Positions 38,680 to 52,866 of a stretch of DNA of 64,000 nt are shown here, piece by piece. Location: assembly GCA_012295275.1 (NCBI GenBank), contig CM022676.1, positions 17,298,001 through 17,362,000 of the forward strand, given 5' to 3'. This DNA is from Chrysomallon squamiferum (Eukaryota > Animalia > Mollusca). The first letter of the stretch is position 1, and each line of letters begins with the position of its first letter. The translations under genes and the position numbers were made by a program. Under the pieces are notes generated by a model. The model was not told where the DNA came from. It saw only the letters and a list, made by a program, of their open reading frames with translations, and made no database searches.

Positions 38680-39761
38680 CACTTGATGACGTGTAAAATA
38701 TCTGACGTCACTCGCGTGTTTATCAGTGGAGGATTTTGAGAACCAAAAGTACACAAAGCAGAAATAAAACAAGTCGGCCATATTGAAAGTCTATGATATT
38801 TTTATTTTATTATGTTTTAACGATTCCAGTGTCCTTAATTTATTACTAAATATATCAGAGTTTGTTCTCTAACAAATAGATTATTTAAGTTTTTAAACTG
38901 AAATTAAACTAGGTTACGTGTATCCTGACTTTAGTATGCTGTTATTATTATTGTTAATAGTAGTAGTAGTAGTAGCAGTAGTAACATCTTTACTTCTGTT
39001 TCTGTTACTACCCTAGTAGAGGCATTATTTCTTATTGATATATTTCGCTATTTATTGCTTACTTTATTTCATTTTGTTTTATTTTATTTTAATTTTTCAT
39101 TTATTCTTAGATTGGTGATTGCGGTGATCTACAGCAGTTGAGTCGACAGAGAGAAAATAGTCGCTTAAATAAATTGTCCATCAGCAAGTTTAAATTAGAA
39201 CGTATTTTAAATTGTTTTCTATTTCAAAAATATCGCATCCTGCTATTCTTTTTTTCTTTATTAATATTTTTTGTTCTTTAGTGTTTCTTTTTAGATCTGT
39301 CACTGAGTGATAATTTGGCTGACTTTTCGAGAAGTAAATTGTTATAAATGACCACAAGTACATTGCGATATGAAAACCGTTTCTCTCACAGTGAAATATT
39401 TCTTACCTGACTGACCACACACCTCTGTTTATAATAATAATGATAATAATAATAATTCTTTGTGTCTTCGTAATCAGCATAGTAATCATTACCATAACCA
39501 TAAGGTTTTTCTTTTTTATCCTTTATCTATCCGATGTTTTTCTTTCTTTCCTTATCTTTTATTTATTTATTTATTGATTTATTTATTTTTAGATCTCTGA
39601 TCTCAGTGTTCAGTAGTAGAGGCGTTAAACAAAAAGTAGTCGGATTTTAGAAATTATTTTGATTAATTTTTTATATAAAAAGTGTTTGTTTCGGTTTTGC
39701 AATATGTCCATGTACAGGTCATATGTACAAGGAAATATTTGTAAATTATATTTAGTATGAC

Positions 39762-39802
<41 letters not shown>

Positions 39803-39825
39803 CATCCTCTGTTTCTAGTGAAAAC

Positions 39826-41336
39826 ATGGCCACCTCAACTGCAGTCTCAAGTTGGCAGACAGGGAAGAATCTGATAAAATGCATTGAGCACGTTTTTCTT
39901 ACAAAAACTCACACGGACGTCAGATTTTTAGTTGGGGAACATCAATCTGCTGTCGATGCTCACCGATTCATACTCATTATTCGAAGCGAAGTTTTCAGTC
40001 AGATGTTGACTGGAGAACTTCGCGAAAAATCAGATAGTGTGATATCTGATGTGAAGGCAGAGACCTTCTCAGAGTTTTTAAAGTATGTTAAAACACACAC
40101 ACACACACACACACACAGATACACACAGGCATAGAAACACACGTACGAACCCACTGAGGAAGAGAGACATACATACAGACAAAAACGTTGATAACAATAC
40201 AGTTTTTGTTAGTAATCTAATTATTTTCTAATTAATTAATCTCACATGATTATCTCTCGTTTTAAAGTCTTACTCTATTTTTTTTACACAGATATCTTTA
40301 CACGGATGACGTCTTCCTAACAGGCGACAACGTCACCAGTATGCTGTATCTATCGAGGAAGTACATCGTCACGACACTGGAAGATCAGTACGTACGCTAT
40401 TTGGAGTCGTCGTTGTCGTCACCGAATGCGTGCGTCGTGCTGGAACAAGCTCACCTGTTTGATGAACTTGATCTAAGGAAAAAAACTCTGGACTTCATTT
40501 TGAAAAATGGCGACGAAGTTTTGAAGTCAGATGAAGTCACCGATCTTTGTCACGAATGTCTGGTTGAGATCGTACGATCAGACGAACTGACAGCAGACGA
40601 GAAAAATGTTTTTGAAGCCGCTGTGAAGTGGGCTGACAGCGCGTGCAGGAAGCAAGGAAGAGAGACGAATGAAAAAAACATGCGCTAAGCACTGGGAGAG
40701 GTCGTGAAGCACGTGCGTTATCCATTACTCGATCAGACGTATTTTCTAAAACACGTGACACCTACTCACATACTCACTGAGACAGAAGAACTCAAGATTT
40801 CGAAACACTGGGTGAGCAGTGATGAAGATGTTTCACCTTTTAACTCAAACAAGAAGACTGCACTGAAAACACAGATTAAAATAAACAGGTTTGATGACGA
40901 TGATTACTACTGGACATATTCTAGTGAAGAAGATGAAGCCATTACTTTCTCTGTCAACAAAAACGCTTTACTTCGCGGATTTCAGTTGTACGGTGAACGT
41001 GAACCACGAAACTACGACGTCAGCGCCTTCGTCACGGACACAAGAACAGACGAAATACTGTACGGGTCTACACTGACACAGAGATATGAACACGTGTCTG
41101 ACGTGTATGACGTCGTGTTCAGACGTCCAGTGAAGATTACGAAAGACACTGAGTACAGCTTGTTTGTTAATTTTAAGGGAGACTACTCATTATATGGAGT
41201 TGGAGGTGAATCAGAAATTGTTGTAGACTCTTTTGTTTGTAGATTTTCTGAGTCACACAAATCTAAACACAGTGACAGACACCTTAGTACATGGGTGACA
41301 CACGGACAAATACCTGCTTTGTTATTTTTAGTGTAA
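39826..41336 (+). pseudogene. BTB/POZ-BACK-PHR protein (BTBD1/2/3/6 family-like); coding exons 39826-40082 and 40292-41336; in-frame TAA at 40686-40688
   Basis: Exon 1 MATSTAVSSWQ...TDVRFLVG...AHRFILIIRSEVF...FSEFLK. Phase-2 intron AA|GTATGT...ACACAG|A gives K-YLYTDD. The BACK domain has EKNVFEAAVKWA, then MR*ALGEVVKHVRYP in the same frame. The PHR domain ends GQIPALLFLV*. Confidence 0.88.
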
Positions 41337-42086
41337 AAAACAACATCTTTCAAACACAGTCACTTTTAGTCATCACTCGCGAAATATTTTTGTTTATTTA
41401 TTTATTTATTGATTTATTTATTGATTTGTTGATTTATTTATTGATTGATTTGTTTACGTTTTTCTGATGAGGTCAGACAGCAGTGATGACTTCGTAGACC
41501 TTTGATTCGATTTGAAATTTTACAGTGGACTGATTTCTGTCAAACAGATACTTGTAAAATGTACAATGATATCTCACTGATTTATTATGTATTTATTTAA
41601 TTGTGTATAATTTATTTATTTAAATATTTCTAATGTTTTTTGTTTGTATATGAAACGTAATATTATTAAATATTTCTTGCTTCATTTGTACTTTTTTATT
41701 TTGGTTTAAAATGTGTATAAAATAAAATGTACCTAAATTATATAAATAAAAGAACTGTTATTTGATTTATTTATCCATTTTCTTTTATTCAGATTTATAT
41801 TAAATATGTAAGTAAATTAGATTATGTTTCGAATTTACTGTTTGTTTGTTTATGTATATAAACAAAATGCAAATAGATTTGTTTTTGTATCATAAATTTT
41901 TACTTCGTTTATTTTTGTATTTAATTTGTATTTAGAATGTAAACAGAAAAATTATATAGACATGAAAATCAAGTTTTATTATTTAGTTTCTGTAATATTT
42001 TTCTTTTCTGCATACAGCGTGTAATAGATAAAGATGTGGTGAGACAGGATTCCAGAGCAGATCATGTAATTGTACTTGATGTGTGT

Positions 42087-42191
<105 letters not shown>

Positions 42192-44400
42192 GTAAAATAA
42201 AGAAAAAATATACTTGATAAAAGAGTTATGAAAATAGAGAGAAATTCCCAGGCTAACTTTAATATATTATCAACAACACTTTGGAAAATCCGTATCTCTC
42301 TACCTCGGATATCTGGTGTAAATTCCAGAATAAAGTAAGAGCATTTCTTTAAAAAATGCCAACAGTTAGCACGTAATTAGACTACCGCGTGCACAAGATG
42401 AAATGATCGTACTTTGTGAAATCTTAATAAACAATGATTCCATTCTTCTTGTAATCACTATACGCGGTATCCTCCCAACAGTCATCTGGTCAGTAGTCAT
42501 ACAATTTTGAAAGCAGTCAAGCAGTAAGTAAGCTGGGCACACCTGTGTGGAGACTGATCAACTAGTCTTGGCCGGGTCTCACTGCTAACTGTTCTAATCA
42601 CAACTCTGGTGGGAAGCATGTGTTCAAGGTTACTCCAATTACATGTAAAGGACCTTGAAGGAGACGTTTTGATATAACAATGAAATATATATACCATATT
42701 TTCATCAACGAAAGAAAGTACAGAAGGAATCTATATTCACTATGATGGGTCCCAAACCTATCTACAGGTTTTTATTTATTTCTCCTTCCAAGTCAAGTTG
42801 AAAAACGCTAAAACATACCCTCGCTCAAGAACGATCTCGCGGCTCCCAGAGAAAAGTCTGGCGACCCCTCTGGAGGTCATGACCCTCAGGTTGAAAACCT
42901 ATCCCCTTCACGCAGCTAAATGAACAAGAACATTATTAGTGTATCACTCATTTAAATTAAGTGTCTAAAGCAGAGGTCTAAATAAATATGTATGAAGCAC
43001 ATATGCTTTCTTTTATTGAATTCCTCGCAAAGCGACCTAAAAACGACAAAGTATCGAACTTTCCAATGCCACACTATTATCACAAACATATAATTATACA
43101 TCAAAATATATACATCGATGTTTTGTTTCTAATAGAAAAGGGTCGTTAGCAAGTTACTGTATACACAACATGTTCAGGCAATTATGCCATTTATCGTGTG
43201 AATCTCAGTAAAATTAATTTGTAATCAAGTTTAGAAGAACTGTGTTTATTGTCAAACTTTAATCAGAACAGTAAACAATACATTTGACAGAAATAACGAA
43301 AGTCCGCTGACTGGTCGCAGAATGTGACAAGGAGATCATCGGACAAAATGGAGGGAAAATGTATCGATATTCAACTTTCAGGTAATCTGTTTCAAATAAC
43401 CGCGGGTTAATATTAGGTCGAGTCGATCCCTCACTTAGACCCTGGCAATACAATTTGAAATATGAAGACAGGAAATATTTGACATTATAAAACATAGTGA
43501 CAATTACCAACAGTTGTACGAAACTGATATTTTGGCAAAGAGAAACGACCGATAAATTAAAAACCAAACTTTCTTATACTGATATTCTTAAAATGATAAA
43601 ACAAATTAAATCTGTCGCTGCTTCTATCGATAGCAGATTTTGCAACTGATATTAAAGATGGAGGCCATGACAGACAACTTTATTTTGTAGAGAAACACAA
43701 AAAAAAAAAAAAAAAAAATGTAGAAGAAAAAAAACACAGTCGTCGATGACTGACTGTTTCTTAGATGACACTTGATAGACCCTTCACAATAACATTAGAA
43801 ATAAAATATATTTCGTGTCATTTTAACTTGTACAAGCCTGCGCTCTGTTTAAAACTGTAGCTATGATTGGTCCCAAATGAATCAGAGTCCATTGTATACA
43901 TACACACATACACAAAATACAGAGACACACACACACACACTCACACACACAAACACATTTCAATACGCATTATCTCTGTCTAGCACACAAATACATTGAT
44001 TCAAACGTTCTCAAAGATATATATATGTTCAAACACAAACATATCTAAATGTCATTAATAAACACACACACATACACATACACAAACGCACACACATATA
44101 TACACATATATATCAATATCTCTCTACCTATCTGTCTGTATATATACCACATTCCCACACAAACAAATAAAACATCATATATATGTGTGTGTGTGTGTGT
44201 ATGTATATACAGACAGAGAGAAAAGAGAGAGACTTTGTAGTGACAATGTTTCTAGTAGTGGAACATTAACAATCAGTTGTTACATATATTTATGTACTAA
44301 TCTACAATGTCACATACAAGTTTGTGAACCTTAAGATCATAATGTGATGATTTTTATATAACTTTGAAATTTATTAGTATTATTATTACTACTACTACTA

Positions 44401-44484
<84 letters not shown>

Positions 44485-45294
44485 TTATATTTCTGTCCTT
44501 TTTATTAAAATGATTTTACTTTTAATCTGTTTTACATTTTATAGAAATATTATGCAGTAACTGAGGATAATATGTAAGTAAATCTATCAATTCTGTTAGT
44601 ATATTATCAGATTTAAATTTAAATCAGCTTCTTCGACAAGCATATTTTCTACAGAAACGCTTCTGATAAAGAAATAAATTATAAGAAGATGAAAGGCGCA
44701 CTGTGTATTTGTGTATGTTGGTGTGTCTTTGTATGTATCAGTTTGTGTTTGTGTGTCTGTGTGTCATTGTGTGCGAGCGTGTTACTGCTAAAACAAAACA
44801 AACACGTTACAAAATATAATTACTCTTATTTTATTTTATTAGTTGATGTCTTACTTATCTCTCTTTCTTAACGTTACACAACGTTTATACTATTCACCTT
44901 TATTTGAAATGTTAAATCATGAGTGGGTGTGTAATTGAGCTTGTTTGTGGCAAACAGCTGTTAGTGTGGGTGTTTATAGATATGTGTTTTTGTGTATTTA
45001 CAGTATTTATGTGTATGAATATACAATCAGTGGATATGTGCGTGTGTATGTACGAACATGTGTGTGTTTGAGTCAGTGTATATGTATGTATGTGTGTGAA
45101 AGACAGTGTACATATGTTTATGTATTTATATATGTAAAAGATAATGTATATGCTTATATGAATGTATGTGAAGGATAGAATACATGTTTATATGTAAGAA
45201 TATGTGTGTGAAACATTGTGTACATGTATGTATATGACACATTATTGTCATGCGTTATAAAGTGAAACAGGAGGGGTGTTTGTGTGTATGTGTT

Positions 45295-45408
<114 letters not shown>

Positions 45409-45640
45409 CGGAAATAAAGCATCTGTGTGTAAAAAATTGTGTTCTGGGAGCTTTAATCATCTTGTGTATTTATTATTATTATTATTATTATGATTATTAT
45501 TATTATTATTATTATTATTATTTCATAAACTTTGATGTTGTAACAGAAAATAATGATTTTTGGAGGGGCTTTATCAGTAAGAACAGGAAAAATTTCAGGT
45601 TGAAATGAGACGAAAAATGAAGAACAAAAATTTCATTTTC

Positions 45641-46199
45641 TGGCCATGTTCCCGCAGCCATCTTTTTGTACAACGATATCGTTAATATGTTCACAGGATG
45701 TTCGTGAACTCGAAGTGTCTTGATGAATGTTATTAACAAACACTTGTTAACATCGTCGTTTATTAAAAGTAAGTCGTAACCAAGCGTGATACGCACCGCG
45801 CATTCTGCGTACGACGTAAAAATCACGTGCTAATTATCACTAACATCATCCGCTAATGATTATAGTTCCTGTCTGTGACATTTTGGTGCGTGTTTTGAAC
45901 CTTCTACTTGGATTTGTCACCCATGTTTAATTTGTATGTGACTATTAGTCCACCAGGCAGGTCGAAATTTATGAACTGATTCCGTGTTGATATCGGTAAA
46001 ATAGTATAAATTTTGACCAAAGAATAAATTTAGTTATCAAAATTAAGCACTGCACAAAAAGAACATCGCATGAGTAGTAAACAAAATAACGACACAGTGA
46101 TTCTCTTTATTACGACAGACTTCAAACGACATCGTAACGACCAGTAAACGACTTTTGTTTAACTAAGTCGTAATGGTAACGTCTTCGGGGACGTGGCCA
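45641..46199. mobile_element. Probable PIF/Harbinger-like non-autonomous element (CpG-rich)
   Basis: Imperfect TIRs GGCCATGTTCCCGCAG and rc GGCCACGTCCCCGAAG (13/16). Internal TAAGTCGTAA/TTACGAC motifs recur. No clean TSD. Confidence 0.45.
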
Positions 46200-46228
46200 T
46201 GAATTATAATGTATAACCGTATATAATG

Positions 46229-46285
<57 letters not shown>

Positions 46286-46539
46286 TAAACACACACACAC
46301 ACATACACACACTCACACACACATATAATCGTTTTAGGTTAAGCAACCAATATTGTGTCTAAAATACGAATTCAAAAAATGGAGAGGTTAAACACTAATA
46401 CTAAACTTCACCATACAACTTATTATTAGGAAGACAATGGACACATTATGTTCCTGTTCTGTCTGTCTGTCTGTCTCTCTCTCTAGTTTTCTATGTACAA
46501 GAGAGCTGAACTTGGTAGTCTTCACAGCTGGTATAATAA

Positions 46540-46625
46540 TGACCATTTTATGTACTCTCCTGTCTGTGGGATGGTTCATATCAATGATCCTTTGCTGCTA
46601 ACAGGAAAGAGTAGCCCATGAAGCA
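46540..46625 (+). mobile_element. Nin-domain SINE core fragment
   Basis: CCTGTCTGTGGGATGGTTCATATCAATGATCCTTTGCTGCTAACAGGAAAGAGTAGCCCATGAAG matches the Nin-SINE central domain of molluscs as recalled; not verified by search. Confidence 0.7.
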
Positions 46626-46784
46626 AAATGTTTATATTGGTTCAAGTCAAGTTGTGGGTGAAAACAATTATTTCTTCTAATGTTGTCTTTATGTGACAAA
46701 AATTCTTAAAACATTTGAGAAAAATATAATTTCTTTGAAAAAAGAAAAAGAAAGTAAAATTAAAACAACTAATTTTATAAATAA

Positions 46785-47255
46785 AGATGGACTGTCACCT
46801 AAGTCTAGAATTAAGTAGACTGTGTATTATTATTAATAAACTGTCGGCTAAATCTAGTATTTATTTAAAAATTAAGAAGACTGTGTACAAAGATAAACTG
46901 TCAGCTAAATCTAGTATTTATGTAAAACTAAGTAGACTGTGTACACAAATAAACTGTCAGCTAAATCTAGTATTTATGTAAAAATTAAGAAGACTGTGTA
47001 CACAAATAAACTGTCAGCTAAATCTAGTATTTATGTAAAAATTAAGAAGATTTGTGTAAAAATTAAGAAAGTACAAAGATAAACTGTCAGCTAAATCTAG
47101 TATTTATGTAAAAATTAAGAAGATTGTGTACAAAGATAAACTGTCAGCTAAATCTCTTATTTATGTAAAAATTAAGAAGACAGAGTACAAAGAAAAACTC
47201 TCAGTTAAATCTAGTATTTATGTAAACATGAAGAAGACTGTGTACAAAGATAACA
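46785..47255. repeat. ~57-bp minisatellite, about 7-8 copies
   Basis: ATAAACTGTCAGCTAAATCTAGTATTTATGTAAAAATTAAGAAGACTGTGTACAAAG repeated. Confidence 0.93.
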
Positions 47256-47618
47256 CTGAGATTCAGTTAGAAATTTACTTGACATGGCTGTTTCTTGGTT
47301 TGTTGAGATCTTAAAAATATATAAAACTTTCTTTTAACTGTGGTAAAATGGTTATTGAAATGCAGCGTAAGTTTGTTGGTGTTGTTGTTTTCTTTGGGGG
47401 TTTTGTGTGTGTGTGTATGCATGTGAGTGTGTGAGTGTGTGTATATGAGTGTGTTTATTAATATATAATTATAATGACGGATATTAAACAAGCGTTGCTA
47501 ACAACCTAATTTTATTTATTTATTTAAGTATTATTATTATTGTTATTGTTGTTATTAATATTAATATTATTATTATTATCAATACTATTATTATTATTAT
47601 TATTATTATTAAAATTAA

Positions 47619-47649
<31 letters not shown>

Positions 47650-49366
47650 TATGATTTTCTTTATACTGTTCACTTTGTTATTTACAAATTAAGACCACTT
47701 ATTAAAATTTGGCTTTAAAGTATGTTATAATTATTTTATTTTATTGTTCACGTAGGAAACACGTTTTAATTTATAAACAGAGTAAATCGTCGCTTAATAC
47801 ATGGATGATTACACTACATCATTTCCAATGGAAATGGGGAAAACCCTGTACAAAAATAACTGTCCAATCAAAATATTTGATTTGATCGGTGACATTCGGG
47901 CATTTCAAGTACCTATAAATAACATTAACATAATAATATGTTGTTCTACTAACCATCAACGATTTAGTAAACAACTAATATTGAAGCTTATTAATTCAGT
48001 ACTATCCTTTCCTTAGCAATTCCACAATTAATCATACTAAATCAAATACCACCTGTATACATTCCAGCTTGCGTCTATTTTTAGATGACACGGCAATCAG
48101 TAGCTTCGCCCACTTGGCTGAATTCTTATAACAACTCGCCACTTTTAGACAACATCTGGTAGATAAAGAGCTCAAGTTTAAATGTTAGTCATTGAAGCTT
48201 CATAACAGAATAGTTACAAACAAAACATTGTTGTTACAGTAAATGCAAAAGTGATTAACGCCTACTAAAACCCGAGAAAACACCGATATGTTTTATTGGT
48301 TTCGGTAAAGGATTTCCCAAACATGCACAAGATGGAGAAAAATGTCAGCGCTGAGAACAGAACTGTGGATGTAAGTACTTCAGTACTGACAGTGGTACGA
48401 AGAATGTTTATATCACATCAAGTGCGGAGCTCAGGAGGATCTACAGTTTTTATTTATAATAAAAGTAAAGGGTGTGTCGGGGATTACGTTTTGACATGTC
48501 TGGTGTCTGGACAGTACCAACAGCCGTTTTTAATCCTACACAGTTATGAACCAATATACATGAGTCATTCCACCGAATTTAATTATGTGTATTTAGTAAA
48601 ACAATAACAATAGCAATAATAACAACAACGTTTACAAGTTTACCGCTTTTTTTTTTTTTTTTTTTTTTTTTTGTGGCTATCTTTTTTGTTTATTTATTTA
48701 TTTTTATTTATTAATCACGAAGAGATTAAATCAACAGGTAGATAAAATTTAACTAAGAAAGAAACAGATCAGTTGATTTTCAGTTTCTATATCACTTCTT
48801 TGCAAAATAAAAAAATGTTTTCCAAATATTTCTTGTACTAAATCATAAATATTTTATATCATTTCATAATATATTATGGCTACAGTATGATAAAATAATA
48901 AAAAATTATTTACATGTTTAGTAATAGTAAATCTAGATCAGTTAGCATTGATACCTACAATTTGTGTTAACAAATTAAAATCAAACTGCAGTTTTAAACT
49001 ATCTGATGCTAAGACAACTGAAACAATGTTTGTTTTTTAAAAGGTCTGTTTGGAAGGTGGATAGAAGCTTGTAAAAGTGATTCCTGAGAGCAAAGTCTAC
49101 GCTTGAGGAACTACTCAAAGCTCTGTTGATCTGTACCAAACCAAACCACAGTGTCCTGAGACTTTGAAATAGCCACATATGTAATGAGACAAAGTCTAAA
49201 ACACACATCACAATTCAGGTTTGCTTCGATGCAAATACAGAAGGAAAGTCTGTCTGTTCTCTGATATAATTATACGTCAGTGAAACTCGTGCTTGTCACG
49301 TGTCCTTGAGCTGACGTCAGCCTGTCCTGTGAACAAGTTCACTAACATTCTGTGCTGTCCGTTATG

Positions 49367-49498
49367 TTGTTTACAGATTCCACGTTATTATTTTTACATC
49401 AGAGACGCTTTGTTTACAGATTCCACGTTATTATTTTTACATCAGAGAGGCTTTGTTTACAGATTCCACGTTATTATTTTTACATCAGAGACGCTTTG
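49367..49498. repeat. 43-bp tandem repeat, 3 copies
   Basis: TTACAGATTCCACG begins at 49371, 49414 and 49457. Confidence 0.93.
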
Positions 49499-51004
49499 TC
49501 AGGCTTCCCTTTTGTGGCCTGCCTCAACTTGATACTGAAGTATTTTGTCAGTTCTAGCAGTGAGCATCATAATCATGTAGCTGTTTCTCAAAGATGAAGG
49601 AGTCATTTGCATTTAGCAGCATTTCCCAAACATGTTGTCTCTTTCTTTAGGTGTCACCTGATGTTTTCTTCTAAGTGTCTTGTGTGTAAGAGTTGTCTTC
49701 AGTTGGAAAGCTTGAGATGAATGATTTAATTATAGCCTTTTCTTCATCTGATCTGTCATGTTTGGTTTTTATTTTGAAATATTTTTACATTAATTACAAA
49801 ATATGTGATGAAAATAAAAATTGAGTGAAGCTCTGTTCATCATAATTAGTAAGTATTGTATAATAGTTATTAATAAGATATATGATAGATTTATTTTGAT
49901 TGTGTCTCAGTTTTATTAACATGAATGTCTGTTGTGGACTCAGTCTTTTAAAGACTGATCATAGGTTCTTTAATGTTTAAGTCATTCTTTTAATTATTGG
50001 CTTTTTGATGTTTAAATATTTATTTTATCATTCTTTCAGTATTTTGTTAAAATATTTAAAATCATTTTTGATAATTTGAAATTTTATTTTATCAATTTCT
50101 TGTTGTTCTTATTATTTTAAAAGTTTAACTACACTTTCTTCTTATTATTTTATTCTTTCTATTCTGTAAATAGAAAGTACTACTATTATATCATGATTAA
50201 TATTAGAATTATGCAAGTGCCTGTTCTCATTATTATTATTATTATTATTAGTAGTAAGTAGTAGTAGTAGTAGTAGTAGTAGAGGTATTAAAATACTAAT
50301 AATGTAGTATTATTATATTTTGTAAAATCAGTTTGTAGAAAGACTTAAAAGAATAGATGACATTCAAAGTTTGTTTTCACAGCAAGTCACTAAATACAAT
50401 TGTTTATGAATTGTTCATGTTCTGAAATATAGATAACCATTGCTTTCTTTAACAAATGTTTGTTTAAAACTTAATATTGACTTAAATTTCTTTTTAAAGA
50501 TTTATTCTTGAGCTCAAAGAAAAGAGATATGAAATAAAAATGAATAGTAATCACTAACCACAGATGTCAAAAATTATTAAACTTTGTATTTCTTATTTGA
50601 TTTAATGATGAGAGGTCATTTTTTAAATATTTTCATTTAAAGTTATTACTAACAGCTCTTGAATGCTAAAGTCTTGTTTATATTTTTTATTTACAAAAGA
50701 GTAAATGTAAGCAGTATTATCAGTACTTTTTTATTAGTTCAGTCTGAATATATAATACAAGGATTTTAAAATCAGTTAAAGTGTTTTCACTGAATTTTCT
50801 AGAAACAAGAATGACAAAGTTTATTAGTAAATGTGGCTTTGTAACATTAACATAAATACTGTTTTAAATGTAGTGCCACAAAAGGAAGATCAGTTTGATT
50901 CAGTGTTTACAAATAAAAATGTGTTAAATTACATCAAAGTGTAAGTTAACTTGTAACACAAGACACAAACACAGTACTCTCCTAACAAAGCTTTAACAAA
51001 AAAC

Positions 51005-51035
<31 letters not shown>

Positions 51036-52803
51036 GTATATAAAAAAAACTAAAATCAGATTGCAAATGGATGATATGTTGTTTGTTTCCTGCTGAAAGC
51101 TTTGATACAACCATCAGTTCAGGTTTTCCTAACTCGCTAGCATTTATTCATTTTCTCTCTGCCAAAAGTTGGTTTTGCACACTGTCTGGTGATGGTCATT
51201 ATGTTATAGAATGACAGCTAGTCTCTGTTTTTCTGTATTAAATGACTTATCTTTTTGTTTGCACAATGGATCTGATGAAATCTCTTCTATTAATTTCACT
51301 TTAAAATGCATTGTCATCTTTTAGATCACTGACCATTATGAATGCAATAAATAACATAGAATGTGCTGACATGTATTTATGCAGATTCTACTTTTCACGC
51401 TAAATGTAAATGAGTGAATTTACTTAAGTATGACAACACAATGAAAATAGTCTCATTCATCTAGCTGCAGATATTATTACAAGACATGGGCTGACATTTT
51501 CACTTTTAATATGACAGACTGTGTGAAGAAAAACTTCTCACAGACTGAGTAAATTGTTACACCGCTCAGTGATTCTCCACTGCGGCTCCACGAGAGATCT
51601 CTTGGTAATAAACAGTGAAAGAGAGGCTAATGTATTTTTCATAGATTTTTGTATCATCTGCTGTGTGACTGGGTGAATGATCCACACTGTGTCATCCTTA
51701 TCATTTGTTCATAGAACATTTCACCTTGATTCATCTCAAATCTTTTCCACATTCTCACTAAGTGACATGATACAGAACACTCATCTGCTTTCATTCTTTT
51801 TATATATGTATGTGATGTTAGTTATGTATATTTATTATTTTTGTGTTGTTCACAGATTTTTATTTTTTTATTATTTTATTTTTATTTGTTTATATATTTT
51901 TGTTTTGTTTGTGTATGAAATCCTTTGTGTCAGTCAATACTGACCAGCATTTCGGGGATTTTTTTTTTGCATGACTGGGAGTCATTTTTCCTTGAACCAG
52001 TTATCCCCAGCCAAAAAAAGAAGTATATTATGTTTAACAGCATGACTATGATTAAAAATATAAAACAAAGACATTAATATTGGTATATTATAATTTTCAT
52101 TAAGTGATTCTCTGAGACATTAAAAACTATTTCAAAGTTTCCACAATGGGAAAAAGGGGGAGAAAATCCAGACTAGACAAAATGGGTGAAAAAAGAAAGC
52201 ATCTATTCAGTTATTAAGCCACATTTGTGGAGTATTTAGCTTTGTGAATATGATTTTACTTCCCTCATAAGCTTCACAGTTAGTTATACCTGTCATATCT
52301 AATTATCTAAATCTGGGTTAAAGCATCTGTCAGATATATGCGTTTTCTATGTATGTGTATATGATGATATTAAGATGTGTGTATGTGTATGTATGTGTGT
52401 TTTCATGTTTGCCTGTGTGTCTGTGTGTGTGTGTGTGTATGTGATCATTTTGATATCATAATTATAACAGTACAAATTCAGATTAATAAATGAATAAAAA
52501 CAAAATAATAACAGCTCAGTAATATTTACTATATTAGTATCAGCTGTATTCATATCTACAATAAATTAAATTTTCTGAAAAAGATAAAAACAAAAAAAAA
52601 GAAAACCATTCCCCAGTAGATTGGTTGGATAGGCCAGAAGCTCTTCACTCAGTCTGTAAGGATCATTTTTATTTACATCTGTGTATGTTTTTGTATAATT
52701 TATACTCCTATGCGCTACTGTTTAAATTTTTGAAAATTCGCAGAATTAATCACTGAAAATTAAAATTAGTTATCTTTATTTATCGTTTATTTATTTATTT
52801 ATT

Positions 52804-52866
<63 letters not shown>

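Noticed and set aside
42490-43445. Possible SINE and hAT end fragments (42490-42600, 42830-42900, 43260-43445)
   Set aside because: GC-richer and transposon-like, but no paired TIR, TSD or Pol III boxes could be established.
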